Assembly (NCBI GenBank): GCA_963674965.2
Contig: CAXXFL010000007.1
Location: 64,001-128,000, forward strand
Source: a bacterium
GTDB lineage: Bacteria > RBG-13-61-14 > DATKZS01
DNA: 64,000 nt
Reading direction: 5' to 3'
Shown: one piece after another, positions 21,742 to 32,076 of the stretch
Position numbering within the stretch: position 1 is the first letter of the stretch
How the letters are laid out: each line of letters opens with the position of its first letter
The notes under the pieces: generated by a model
The model's input: only the letters and a program-made list of their open reading frames with translations
What the model was told of the DNA's origin: nothing
The model's database searches: none
Made by a program: the position numbers and the translations under genes

Positions 21742-22440
21742 CTATTGCCCGGCCGGTTTGTAACCTTCCTTTTTATAAGTCCCGCCCGACTCGATCCACT
21801 GGCGCTGGACGGAGAGTGAGGACGGCAGGTCCTTTTTAATCATATACTCCTGGACAAAGTCGGGGATAAGGGCCTTGGTCTCGACCCAGGTGCTGTAGCG
21901 GGCGAAGGTGCTTTTATCGTCCACCCAGTAAAACTGCCACGCGCCGGAGAGCTGTTTCATGTCGTTTTTATAGTCGGGATCGAGCTTCCAACTGGAGCGG
22001 TAACTGCTTTTATCGCGGTCACCGATTATCTGGTAGTTGATTTTAATGCCCATGATATCTACGGACAGCTTGAGCCTGTCTCCGCCGTCCCACTTTTCTA
22101 CCAGCTCGCTGCTCTCGAGGCGGGGAAGGTATTCCTCCTGGCGCCATCCCTGGGTGATCAGGTCCCAGACCTCGTCGATATTCTTCCTGAACATCATGGC
22201 CGCCCTGACCACCTGCTCACCCTTCATGTCCCTGGGCTTGTCCAGGATGACTATCTCGCCCTTGTTGGCCCGCTCGACCTGCTCGGGCGTCATGCCCTCG
22301 TGGGCGGAGGGGTCTTGAACGGTCATGGCTCCCTTTGGAGGGCCCGAGCCCCGGTCCGCCGACGTCCACGCGGGAAGGACCAAAAGCGCCGCTAATACCA
22401 AAGCGGCCGAGAAGGCAATAGCCTGGGTTTTGTACTTCAT
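21742..22440 (-). CDS. Exported SRPBCC/START-like protein
   Basis: Signal peptide; IDEVWDLIT...EYLP, WKLDPDYKNDMKQLSGAWQF, IPDFVQEY pattern. Confidence 0.6.
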   Translation of the reverse strand: MKYKTQAIAFSAALVLAALLVLPAWTSADRGSGPPKGAMTVQDPSAHEGMTPEQVERANKGEIVILDKPRDMKGEQVVRAAMMFRKNIDEVWDLITQGWRQEEYLPRLESSELVEKWDGGDRLKLSVDIMGIKINYQIIGDRDKSSYRSSWKLDPDYKNDMKQLSGAWQFYWVDDKSTFARYSTWVETKALIPDFVQEYMIKKDLPSSLSVQRQWIESGGTYKKEGYKPAGQ

Positions 22441-22554
22441 TTCTTTCCTCCATTATGGGAATGGTATTGCCGCGGTCGCCGGAGGCAACTTCCTTAGCCG
22501 GCGATGGGCTTACCATAATGATATCACGAGGTGGGCTTCAAAATAATTTTGCCG

Positions 22555-24387
22555 TTAGGGGGACGATTCTTTTTTGATCTTCAAGATGGCGGACCCCGTT
22601 CCCGGGACCTGGGCCACCACCTCGAAGCTCTCGGGATAGGCGCGGATGGTGGGGACCAGGACGTTCTCCACGAACCATCCGGGCCCGCCGGGAAAGCTCG
22701 AGCCCCATTCGTCGGCCAGGACGTAATCCGCTTTTGCCTCGGCCAGGTAATCCCTCACTTCTTTCAGGTCGTGGGAATAGGGAATCGAGCCGCAGGTCCT
22801 TCCCGTGAAGAGCCGGCAAGGCGGCGGGGAATGATAAATCAGGATCGAGTCCGGCTCCGTGACCTCGGCCGCAATCATAAGCAGCTTATAGCTGTCCATC
22901 ACGTCCCGGCTGGAGAAGCGGACCTTAAAACCCGGGCGGAAGGTCTCGGTCGGAAGCCTGGAGGCGGCCATGTAATATCGGACGTCGTCAACCAGGTTGA
23001 AAGCCGTCACGGATATAACGGACGCCAAAAGGAGCGCCAAAGGAAATAGCTTGCCGGGTCCCTTGTCGGGATCGACTTTAAAGGCCCGCCATACCCGCGC
23101 CGCCAGGAACTCGAGGAAAAGCCTTGCGCCCTCAATAATCAGAAGGATGGAAAAGGGCAAAAGAGGAAAAACCAGCCTGGGGTCGAGCATGGGCCAAAGG
23201 GACATGGCCCCGAAATATGAGGCCATAAAAAAGAAAATCATCTCGGCCAGGGTCCGGTCCCTTCTCCACAATCCAGCCAGGCCCAGAAGCGCCAGGCCTA
23301 AAGCCGAGGCGTTGATGGACCAGGCCCAAAGCCCGGAGATTTTATCTATATCTCCCGCTGGGACCATGGGCATTAGAAGCGCCAGCCTCTGGTACAGGAA
23401 GCCGTTCGTGACGACCCTCTTCACGGCCTTGGGGATCGAAGCCCGAGGCACGGGTCCCATCAGGGGCGCGTGAAAATCCACGGCGATCATCTCGGGGCTG
23501 TCCGGCTTGAGGTCCATCATGAACCAGTCCACGTAGCCGAACTCGGAGGAACCAGGAGACGAGTCCCCTCTCGATCCCCACAATAAAAGCGCCAATAAGA
23601 CGGGGACCGCTATGGCCGCGGCCCAAGCCGACCGCCTCCATAGATGCCCCCGCCCCGAGGCAAACAACCTGGGAAACAGCATATGAGCGGTCCAGGCCAC
23701 CACCAGCGCCAGTCCCATCGAACGGGTGAAAACGGACGCGAGGACAAGGGCGGCCGAGGCAAAGCCCAGGATATACAAGCGCCGTTTGGCAGGGATTCCC
23801 TTTCGACCGGCCTCCCCTTCCCTCTCCCCTGCAATGTTTTTTCCCGGGGCGGGCCAAATCGAGCCGGACAACGATACCAGGCAGATCATGGACGAAAGGA
23901 CCAGGAACATGAAAGGCACGTCGGATTTGGGACCGGTGAAGAACCGGAAAAGGTCGGGACAGGAAATGAGAGCGACGGCCGCCGCCAGGCCCGCCAGGGC
24001 GCCCGAGGCCCTTTGGCCAAGCGCCGCCGCCGCGGCCGCGGATGCCCCGTAGCATAGCCACATCATGACCTTCATGGGGTACAGCTTCATGCCGAAGAGC
24101 TTGATCAAGGCGGCCAGACCCAGATAAAAAAGAGGAGGTTCCCTTACGTGGGCCGGGTGGCCGGGAAGGGACAGGTCGATAAATCCCAGACCGTCGGCCA
24201 GGGCCTGCCCAAGAAGCATCCCCTGGCTCTCCGAGCCGAGCAGGAAATAGAAAACCGAGTCGAGTCTCAATCCGTAAAAAGCCAGGGCAAGAATAAAGGC
24301 AAGCAAGGGCGCCCATATTCGCGAGACCGGTCTTTTCGATTCCGCCGGCGCGTCCGGATTTTTCATGATTGATTCCGGCCGGTCCAT
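22555..24387 (-). CDS. Multi-TM membrane protein, probable GT-C (ArnT/PMT-like) glycosyltransferase
   Basis: About 11 hydrophobic segments, EPPLFY and KSDVPF loop motifs, DPRLVFPLLP; directly downstream of a polyprenol-P sugar synthase. Confidence 0.6.
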   Translation of the reverse strand: MDRPESIMKNPDAPAESKRPVSRIWAPLLAFILALAFYGLRLDSVFYFLLGSESQGMLLGQALADGLGFIDLSLPGHPAHVREPPLFYLGLAALIKLFGMKLYPMKVMMWLCYGASAAAAAALGQRASGALAGLAAAVALISCPDLFRFFTGPKSDVPFMFLVLSSMICLVSLSGSIWPAPGKNIAGEREGEAGRKGIPAKRRLYILGFASAALVLASVFTRSMGLALVVAWTAHMLFPRLFASGRGHLWRRSAWAAAIAVPVLLALLLWGSRGDSSPGSSEFGYVDWFMMDLKPDSPEMIAVDFHAPLMGPVPRASIPKAVKRVVTNGFLYQRLALLMPMVPAGDIDKISGLWAWSINASALGLALLGLAGLWRRDRTLAEMIFFFMASYFGAMSLWPMLDPRLVFPLLPFSILLIIEGARLFLEFLAARVWRAFKVDPDKGPGKLFPLALLLASVISVTAFNLVDDVRYYMAASRLPTETFRPGFKVRFSSRDVMDSYKLLMIAAEVTEPDSILIYHSPPPCRLFTGRTCGSIPYSHDLKEVRDYLAEAKADYVLADEWGSSFPGGPGWFVENVLVPTIRAYPESFEVVAQVPGTGSAILKIKKESSP

Positions 24388-24405
24388 GGGCCGCCCTCCC
24401 TCGGC

Positions 24406-25164
24406 CTAGGCGCCCGCGTTGGAGGAGTATCCCCGCGCGCTTGGTCCCGGACTGGTAAGCCTTTTGAGACCCATGGCGAAGAGCCTGTAGATGGCGGAGA
24501 ACACCTCGGTCCGGTCGATCTTGGACTTGCCCGCCCTCCGCTCGACGAAGGTGATGGGGACCTCGACGGTGGAAAAACCGTTATAACGGCACTCGAAGAG
24601 CATTTCCTCGGCAAAGGCGTAGCCGTCGGACCTGAACCTTTCGAAATCGAGCTTGGCCAGCATGTCCACCCGATAGCACCGAAAGGATGAGGTCCAGTCC
24701 CTGATCTCTCCTCCCAGGACCAGACGGGCCGCCGTGTTGGCGCCCTTTGAGAGGAACACGCGGTGCCAGGCCCAGTTCACCACTTTTCCGCCCGGCACGT
24801 ACCTCGAGCCGATGGCCACGTCATGGTCATCCGCGGCCGCCACCAGGGCGGGGACCGACTCGGGGGCGTGAGACCCGTCGGCGTCCATGATCACCACCCG
24901 GTCGTAGCCTCCGTCGATGCCCGCTCGCATCCCGGCCCGCTGGGCCCCTCCCAGGCCCATCTTGCCCGGCCGAAGATGGACCGACACCTTCTCGGGAGGC
25001 CCGGCCGTTTGGGCCAGTTCGGCCGTGCCGTCGGGAGAAGAGTCGTCCACAACCAGGACGTCAAGGTCCATGTCCAGGGACAGAAGAGACTCGACGATCC
25101 ACTTGATATTACAGGCCTCGTTATAAGTGGGAAGAGCGGCCAGTACGCGCGGTTTGCCATCCAT
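24406..25164 (-). CDS. Polyprenol-phosphate mannose synthase-like GT2 glycosyltransferase
   Basis: PTYNE, VDDSSPDGT, GKMGLG, MDADGSH, GSRYVPGG, FVERRAGKSK. Confidence 0.9.
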   Translation of the reverse strand: MDGKPRVLAALPTYNEACNIKWIVESLLSLDMDLDVLVVDDSSPDGTAELAQTAGPPEKVSVHLRPGKMGLGGAQRAGMRAGIDGGYDRVVIMDADGSHAPESVPALVAAADDHDVAIGSRYVPGGKVVNWAWHRVFLSKGANTAARLVLGGEIRDWTSSFRCYRVDMLAKLDFERFRSDGYAFAEEMLFECRYNGFSTVEVPITFVERRAGKSKIDRTEVFSAIYRLFAMGLKRLTSPGPSARGYSSNAGA

Positions 25165-25271
25165 GGGAAAATCTTAACACACCATGGCCAAATGACAAAA
25201 AGGCAACTTGGAAAAGCTATTGGGAACATGGATTAGTAGTGGCCATGAAAGAAGGGCAAGGATCCAGGACT

Positions 25272-25310
25272 AAAAAAGCCTCCGCCCCCTTGTTGTAGGG
25301 GGCGGAGGCC
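25272..25310 (-). terminator. Intrinsic terminator-like hairpin
   Basis: Minus strand GCCTCCGCCCCCT-loop-AGGGGGCGGAGGC followed by TTTTTT. Confidence 0.7.
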
Positions 25311-25697
25311 TGATGAAAAGGTTTGGCTTTTTTATTGGGGATTTGTATATATAGACTTTCCGGTTTTGGAAAGGTTCCGGCTTGGCGTCATTTTTTTATT
25401 GTTTTTTTATTTTTTTTGACGGCGGACTCTCGACTTTGAAATAAAGCCTTATAAATCGGCAAGTTGTCTAACAGTATCGGACCCGGAGGGGCAATTCGCC
25501 GCCAAGGGGACCCTCAAAGGCAAGATATCCGTTCAGCTTCATATTTTTCCTGGCTCCTTGGCGGCCATGTTCCCGGCCATATCGCAATAGGCTTGACTTG
25601 GCCGGTTTTGGGCCATAAAATCGTAAACTCCGGCGGGGTTTTCATTCCGCCAGGAGTTCAAAATAAGCCCGCAATAAGGGGAGTTGTTAACGATATC

Positions 25698-27080
25698 ATG
25701 AAGAAGATAGTCATACTTGGTTTGGACTGCGCCACTCCCCAGCTTCTTTTCGATGAATTCAGGGACGCGCTTCCCAATTTACGCTCTCTAATGGAAAAGG
25801 GGGTTTACGCCAAACTCCGGAGCACTGACCCTCCCATTACCGTCCCCGCCTGGACGGCCATGATGACGAGCAAGGACCCGGGCATCCTGGGTTTTTACGG
25901 TTTCCGAAACCGGGCGGCTTACGACTACTCGAGCCTTTATTTCGCCAACGCCAAGTACGTTAAGGAAAAGACCATATGGAACTACGTTTCCAGGAACCGC
26001 ATGTCCTCGCTGGTGTTCGGCGTTCCTCAAACATATCCTCCCAAGCCCCTTAACGGCATGATGGTGGCCAGCTTCCTGACTCCCAACAAGGAGGTCCAGT
26101 ACACTTGGCCCGACGACGTGAAGGCCGAGCTCGACCAGGCCGCCGACGGCGACTATATGATCGACGTGGACGACTTTCGGACCGACGACAAGGACCGGCT
26201 GCTCGAGCAGATTTACGTGATGACCGAGCGGCGCTGGAAGGCCTTCCGCCACTTCTACAAAAAGGACGATTATAATTTCTCCATCGTGGTGGAGATGGGA
26301 GTGGACAGGATACACCACGCCTTCTGGCGCTTTCATGACAAGAAGCATCGCCTGTACGAGCCGGGCAACAAGTACGAGACGGCCATCCGCGATTATTACG
26401 TGGCCCTGGACGGCGAGATCGGCAAGACCCTCGAGCTTTTCGGCGAGGACACGGCGGTCATGGTCGTTTCGGACCACGGGGCCAAGACCATGCACGGGGC
26501 CATCTGCGTGAACGAGTGGATGCAGCGCGAGGGATATCTTACCTTGAAGGAAAAGCCCTCCTCCCCGGTCCGCTTCAAGATGGACATGGTGGACTGGGAC
26601 AAGACCCGGGCCTGGGGAGAGGGCGGCTATTACTCGCGGATATTCTTCAACGTGAAGGGACGCGAGCCCAACGGCCAGGTTCCCGCGGAGGAGTACGACT
26701 CCTTCCGCGAGGAGATCAAGGCCCGGCTCGAGGACATTCGGGACGAGGACGGCAACAACATCGGGACCAAGGTCCTCAAGCCCGAGGAAGCATACAAGGA
26801 AGTAAGGAACGTGGCCCCCGATCTTATCGTTTACTTCGGGGACCTCGATTGGCGCTCCGCGGGAAGCGTGGGCACGGGATCGGTGCATCTTTATGAAAAC
26901 GACACGGGACCGGACGACGCCAACCACGCCCAGGAGGGCATCTTCATATGCAGCCTCCCCCCTGAGCGCTTCGCGGAGGTAAAGGATACCTTCTCGATTT
27001 ACGACGTCGCGCCCACCGTGCTGACCTGGCTCGGGATCGACGTGCCGGGCGACATGATAGGGCGAAGCCTGATCAAGTAA
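25698..27080 (+). CDS. Alkaline phosphatase superfamily protein (nucleotide pyrophosphatase/phosphodiesterase type)
   Basis: ILGLDCA, STDPPITVPAW (Thr nucleophile), DRIHHAFW, VSDHG, DDANH; start ATG 25698 (MKKIVILG). Confidence 0.85.
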   Translation: MKKIVILGLDCATPQLLFDEFRDALPNLRSLMEKGVYAKLRSTDPPITVPAWTAMMTSKDPGILGFYGFRNRAAYDYSSLYFANAKYVKEKTIWNYVSRNRMSSLVFGVPQTYPPKPLNGMMVASFLTPNKEVQYTWPDDVKAELDQAADGDYMIDVDDFRTDDKDRLLEQIYVMTERRWKAFRHFYKKDDYNFSIVVEMGVDRIHHAFWRFHDKKHRLYEPGNKYETAIRDYYVALDGEIGKTLELFGEDTAVMVVSDHGAKTMHGAICVNEWMQREGYLTLKEKPSSPVRFKMDMVDWDKTRAWGEGGYYSRIFFNVKGREPNGQVPAEEYDSFREEIKARLEDIRDEDGNNIGTKVLKPEEAYKEVRNVAPDLIVYFGDLDWRSAGSVGTGSVHLYENDTGPDDANHAQEGIFICSLPPERFAEVKDTFSIYDVAPTVLTWLGIDVPGDMIGRSLIK

Positions 27081-27098
27081 AAAGGCGCGGGAGTTAAA

Positions 27099-27698
27099 AT
27101 GAAAGGTTTTACTCTTTGGTTCACGGGTCTCTCGGGCGCGGGCAAGTCCACCCTTTCCCAGGAGATAGAGATTGCCCTGCTCGAGCGCGGCATGCGCGTC
27201 GAGGTGCTGGACGGGGACTGCATCCGGGAAAACCTGAGCAAGGGACTTACTTTCTCGAAGGAGGACCGGGACATCAACATCAGGCGGATCGGCTTCGTCT
27301 GCAACCTTCTTACCCGGAACGACGTGGTGGCCATCGCCGCGGCCATCTCGCCCTACAAGGCGGTGAGGCGGGAGGTGCGCGAGACCATCGGCCGCTTCGT
27401 CATGGTCCACTGCGAGTGCCCCATCCCGGTGCTAAAGGAGCGCGACCCCAAGGGCCTCTACGAGAAGGCCCTGGCCGGCGAGATAAAAAACTTCACCGGC
27501 ATAAGCGATCCTTACGAGCCTCCGGAAAAACCCGAGATCGTCTGTCACACGGACAAGGAGGAAATCGAGGAGAGCGTCAACAAAATACTGGCCACCCTCG
27601 AGATTCTCGGCTATATTCCCAAACTGGACACGGCCGAGTACAGCGCCGAGGAGGAAGCGAAAATAAAGCAGAGGCTCAAGGACCTGGGATATATCTGA
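27099..27698 (+). CDS. cysC: Adenylyl-sulfate kinase
   Basis: WFTGLSGAGKST, LDGD, SKEDRDINIRRIG, ISPY, RDPKGLY, NFTGISDPYE.P. Confidence 0.95.
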   Translation: MKGFTLWFTGLSGAGKSTLSQEIEIALLERGMRVEVLDGDCIRENLSKGLTFSKEDRDINIRRIGFVCNLLTRNDVVAIAAAISPYKAVRREVRETIGRFVMVHCECPIPVLKERDPKGLYEKALAGEIKNFTGISDPYEPPEKPEIVCHTDKEEIEESVNKILATLEILGYIPKLDTAEYSAEEEAKIKQRLKDLGYI

Positions 27699-27772
27699 CG
27701 GGCAAAACGGCCCGCCGCCCGGGCGGCCCAAGATGTATGGAACGATAATTATTATTTTAAGGAGGACCTAAG

Positions 27773-28519
27773 ATGTTTGACAACGCCTTCTTCAAGAAAT
27801 TTCCCCAAGCGGAAAGCTCCTTCATCGACGACGAGGGAAGCGAGAAGAAGTACCTTTTCCCGACCTTTTACGAGGGATCAAGGGCCATGATGGCCGCCTT
27901 TACCTGCTCGTGGAAAAAAGCCCAGGCCCAGCTTCCAAAAGGATGCTATCCAACCCCCGGCGGGCTGGGCAAGGCCGTGGCGATCGTCTCGGCTTTCGAG
28001 TACAACAACGTGCAGGGCATGGACCCCTACAACGAAATACTGTTCGGGTTCCCCGTGGTGCAGGTCCCCGCCGGCTCACTCGTTCCCAAGTCCGGGTTCT
28101 ACGTGGCCCGCCTGGTGGTGGACCAGCCCGACAACGTGCAGAGGGGAAAACACCTCTGGGGCATGAGCAAGTCCCTGGGCGAGTTCAAGTTCTACGACCG
28201 GGACGGATCGAGGGTATGCGAATTGTGGAGAAACGGCAGGATGGGCCTCAAGTTCGAAGTTCCCCGCCAGGGCCGCTCGCGCACCTTCGAGGAATGCCGC
28301 TACCTTATCTCCGTCAAGGGAGGCGAGATACTGCGCAGCCGCTCGTGCATGTCCGGCCGCAGGATCGAGGCCAGAAACGGCGGCAATATCACCTTGGGCG
28401 CCGACCCCATGGCGGCCGAGCTGAAGGGACTGGGCGTGGCCTCCGAGCCCATTTTCACCAGGTACATGCCCAACATGAACCAGACCCTTAACCTTGCCTC
28501 GGAGAAGTCGGCGGCGTAA
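27773..28519 (+). CDS. Acetoacetate decarboxylase-like family protein
   Basis: AFEY...PYNE, FYVARLVVD, G..LWGMSK pattern; AAGGAGG RBS. Confidence 0.65.
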   Translation: MFDNAFFKKFPQAESSFIDDEGSEKKYLFPTFYEGSRAMMAAFTCSWKKAQAQLPKGCYPTPGGLGKAVAIVSAFEYNNVQGMDPYNEILFGFPVVQVPAGSLVPKSGFYVARLVVDQPDNVQRGKHLWGMSKSLGEFKFYDRDGSRVCELWRNGRMGLKFEVPRQGRSRTFEECRYLISVKGGEILRSRSCMSGRRIEARNGGNITLGADPMAAELKGLGVASEPIFTRYMPNMNQTLNLASEKSAA

Positions 28520-28543
28520 TAACCAAGACTTTTATCCTATAAT

Positions 28544-28589
28544 CGAGGCCGGAGCGAATGATATATCGAGTCTCCGGCCTCGTTTTTTT
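28544..28589 (+). terminator. Intrinsic terminator
   Basis: CGAGGCCGGAG...CTCCGGCCTCG followed by T7. Confidence 0.8.
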
Positions 28590-29236
28590 GGGCGCAATAA
28601 CCGATGGAATAATACGGCATAAACTCATTTTTTAATATCGGCATTTTCAATATCATATCCAGGAAATTCAAACCTCGAATCATACCGGCTTGTCGCGGGA
28701 CGCCACCGCCGAAAAATCCTCCCGTCCTTACAAGAGGCTTTGGCCGGAATCCTTATATCTTTCAAACATCTGAAATCATAATGAATTTATCGCGTCTTTG
28801 TCTCGGGGCCGATAAGGCTTGAACCCTTATTAACGAATAAGGCTCGAGCGAGCGGCCACGGCGCCCAAATTGCACTTTCGCTGATACCAGATATGAAATT
28901 GGACCTGGAGAAATAACAATAAGAACGATTATTAACAACGGACCGTTTACCTGACGCTTCAGTTTATGACGTTCTACTGACAATGGTCTGAAATCGAAAT
29001 CCGACGGGAGGAGGAGCGCATAAAATATACGCGTTGAAAACCGACTAATATACCTAAATTAATATTCTTCATGACCTTGTCCTAATAACTTTTTTAATAT
29101 GCACCGTAAGGTCCCGGGAGCGCCGTTCGCGGCGGAGTTTCGAAGCTCCCAGGTCATCTTTTTACTTCAACCGTTATTCGGGACAAAAGCCCCGATATAA
29201 ATACGCGGCAATCAAATCCATGGGAGGCAACGAGTA

Positions 29237-32020
29237 ATGAAGAACATGAAATTGGGGACCAAGCTCCTGGTATTTTTCCTTTCAGTCGGCATCCTGCCCT
29301 TCGCCGTCATCGGCGGCATATCCTTGACCAAGTCCAGCGGGGCCCTTTCCGACCAGACCTTCAGCCAGCTTCAGGCCCTGAGGGAAATCAAAAAAGATCG
29401 GATCGAGAGCTTCTTCGCCGAGCGGCAGGGAGACCTGTCCGTGCTGGTGGAGACGGTGGACGCGCTGAGAAGCGAGTCCTCGAGCAAACTCGAGGCGGTC
29501 CGACAGATCAAGAAGAACCAGATCGAGGACTACTTCGCGAAAATGGAAGGCCAGCTCCACGTCATCAAGGACAACCCATTTATTGTGGAGAGGCTACTCG
29601 AGTTCGACGGCGCCTTCATGCAGGCGGGAGACAATATCGATTCCCCGGCCTGGCGTGAACTGGCGGAAAAGCACGACAAGTTTTTCAAGGACGTCTGCGG
29701 GGACTACGGCTGGAGCGACCTTCTCCTCATGTGCCCGGAGGGAAGCGTTGTATATACCGCCGCCAAGAAATCCGACCTGGGCCTGTTCCTGGACCAGGAA
29801 CCGCTGAAAAGCTCTCCCGTCGGCCTGGCCTTCCAAAAGCTTCAGACGAACCCGGACCTGGAGGTGGCCATAGGCGACTTCGCGCCTTACGCGCCCTCCA
29901 ACGACGAGCCCTCCGCCTTTATGGTCGCCAGGATCAAAAACCGGGACGGCGAGGTCACAGGGCACGTGGGCTTCCAGATATCACTGGCCAAGATCAACGA
30001 GATCATGAACGAAAGGGCCGGCATGGGAAAGACCGGCGAGGCCTATCTCGTGGGATCGGACGGGCTTATGCGCTCGGACTCGTATCTAGACCCCGACCGT
30101 CACTCGGTCAAGGCCTCCTTTGCCGACCCGGAAAAGAGAAGCGTAGAAACCATGGCAAGCGAGGCCGCCCTGGCCCAGGAGACGGGCCTTAAAGTCATTA
30201 AGGATTATAACGGCAACTACGTGCTCTCCGCCTACGCTCCGATCGACGTCCCGGGACTCGACTGGGCCATCTTGGCCGAGATCGACGTGGCCGAGGCCTT
30301 CTCTCCCGTTGATGAGGACGGCAAGGAGTTCTATAAAAAGTACGCCGATTTTTACGGATATCATGACCTGTTCCTCATAAATCCAGACGGCTACGCCTTC
30401 TACACCGCGGCCAGGGAGTCCGACTACAAAACCAACTTTTTGTCCGGCAAATACTCGGACTCCAATCTGGGCCAACTGGTCGCCAAGACGACAAAGACCA
30501 AACAATTCGGCATGGCCGACTTCGCTCCCTACGCCCCTAGTGGAAACGAGCCCTGCGCCTTTATCGCCCAGCCCGTGGTCCACGACGGCCAGGTCGAGAT
30601 GGTGATCGCTCTTCAGCTATCTCTCGATTCCATCAATGAGGTAATGCAGCAGCGGGAGGGCATGGGCGAGACGGGCGAGACCTACCTGGTGGGAAGCGAC
30701 AAGCTGATGCGGTCCGATTCCTATCTCGATCCCACCCACCACTCGGTCAAGGCCTCCTTTTCCGACCCCTCCAGGGGCTCGGTGGACACTCTCGCGGCAA
30801 GGGAGGCACTCGCGGGCAAGACTGGCCGGCAAATCATCGAGGACTACAACGGCAACCACGTTCTCTCGGCCTACGCCCCTGTAAACGTGGCGGGCCATAC
30901 ATGGGCGCTGATAGCGGAGATCGACGAGGACGAGGCCTTCGCCGCCGTCTCCGACATCGAATGGTCCATGGGCATAGTCGCCCTTCTTGGCATCGCGGGA
31001 ATAGTGATCGTGGCGCTCCTTATCTCCAGGTCGATTACCAAACCCATCAACAGGGTAATCGATGGACTCAACGAGGGCGCCGACCAGGTGGCGGCGGCGG
31101 CGGGCCAGGTGTCGTCCGCCAGCCAGTCCCTGGCCCAGGGATCGTCCGAGCAGGCCGCGTCCCTCGAGGAAACCGGCTCCTCCCTCGAGGAAATGTCGTC
31201 CATGACCAAGCAAAACGCCGACAACGCGACCCAGGCCGACTATATGATGAAAGAGTCCAGCCAGATCGTGGCCAGGGCCAACCAGGCGGTTTCCACCTTG
31301 ACCGGCTCCATGAACGAGATCACCAGGGCCAGTGAGGAAACCTCGAAAATCATCAAGACCATAGATGAAATAGCCTTCCAGACCAACCTCCTGGCCCTTA
31401 ACGCGGCGGTCGAGGCCGCCAGGGCCGGAGAGGCGGGGGCCGGCTTCGCCGTGGTGGCCGACGAGGTCAGGAACCTGGCCATGCGGGCCGCCGGGGCCGC
31501 CAAGAGCACGGCCGACTTGATCGAGGGCACGGTCAAAAAAGTCAAGGACGGGTCCGAGGTGGTGAAAAAATTAAACGACGCCTTCGGCGAGGTAACGGCG
31601 AGCTCGTCCAAGGCGGCCGAGCTGGTGGCGGAAATCGCCGCCGCCTCCACCGAGCAGGCCAACGGCATCGAGGAAATAAACACGGCCGTGGTGGAGATGG
31701 ACAAGGTGACGCAGCAAAACGCGGCCAACGCCGAGGAGTCGGCCTCAGCCTCCGAGGAGATGAACGCCCAGGCCGAGCAGATGAAAGTCTTCGTCGGCGA
31801 ACTGGTGACCCTGGTGGGAGCGGCCAAAAACGGACACGGAAAGACTCAAAAGGCTATTGCCAGGGAAATGAGCCGCCTGGGACCCGGGCCCGTCTCCACC
31901 CAAAAAGGATATGGCGGCAAGGGCAACGGAAAAGGAAACGGAAAAAGTCACCCCCAATCGGCGGTCGATCCCTCCGAGTTGATCCCCCTGGACGACTCGG
32001 AAACACTGTCGGCTTTCTAA
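29237..32020 (+). CDS. Methyl-accepting chemotaxis protein with duplicated dCache sensor
   Basis: Two TM helices, [37 protein letters not shown] signalling hairpin, internal repeat in the periplasmic part. Confidence 0.95.
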   Translation: MKNMKLGTKLLVFFLSVGILPFAVIGGISLTKSSGALSDQTFSQLQALREIKKDRIESFFAERQGDLSVLVETVDALRSESSSKLEAVRQIKKNQIEDYFAKMEGQLHVIKDNPFIVERLLEFDGAFMQAGDNIDSPAWRELAEKHDKFFKDVCGDYGWSDLLLMCPEGSVVYTAAKKSDLGLFLDQEPLKSSPVGLAFQKLQTNPDLEVAIGDFAPYAPSNDEPSAFMVARIKNRDGEVTGHVGFQISLAKINEIMNERAGMGKTGEAYLVGSDGLMRSDSYLDPDRHSVKASFADPEKRSVETMASEAALAQETGLKVIKDYNGNYVLSAYAPIDVPGLDWAILAEIDVAEAFSPVDEDGKEFYKKYADFYGYHDLFLINPDGYAFYTAARESDYKTNFLSGKYSDSNLGQLVAKTTKTKQFGMADFAPYAPSGNEPCAFIAQPVVHDGQVEMVIALQLSLDSINEVMQQREGMGETGETYLVGSDKLMRSDSYLDPTHHSVKASFSDPSRGSVDTLAAREALAGKTGRQIIEDYNGNHVLSAYAPVNVAGHTWALIAEIDEDEAFAAVSDIEWSMGIVALLGIAGIVIVALLISRSITKPINRVIDGLNEGADQVAAAAGQVSSASQSLAQGSSEQAASLEETGSSLEEMSSMTKQNADNATQADYMMKESSQIVARANQAVSTLTGSMNEITRASEETSKIIKTIDEIAFQTNLLALNAAVEAARAGEAGAGFAVVADEVRNLAMRAAGAAKSTADLIEGTVKKVKDGSEVVKKLNDAFGEVTASSSKAAELVAEIAAASTEQANGIEEINTAVVEMDKVTQQNAANAEESASASEEMNAQAEQMKVFVGELVTLVGAAKNGHGKTQKAIAREMSRLGPGPVSTQKGYGGKGNGKGNGKSHPQSAVDPSELIPLDDSETLSAF

Positions 32021-32076
32021 GGCGAAAACCCTGTTAATCCAAGGTTAAAAAAGGATTTTCGCGTGAAGACAAAAGA

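Noticed and set aside
25464-25697. N-terminal extensions in the ORF track (AlkP from 25464; likewise rplA 16090, secE 17557, pckG 32236, kinase 34201, moeA 42502, ferredoxin 57782, TetR 61588)
   Set aside because: Extensions are non-homologous or overlap other features, and downstream ATGs fit family starts and mostly have better RBSs.
29050-29230. c-di-GMP/c-AMP-GMP (GEMM) riboswitch upstream of the MCP
   Set aside because: The GGCAAA...GAAA...CGCAAA core is not present.
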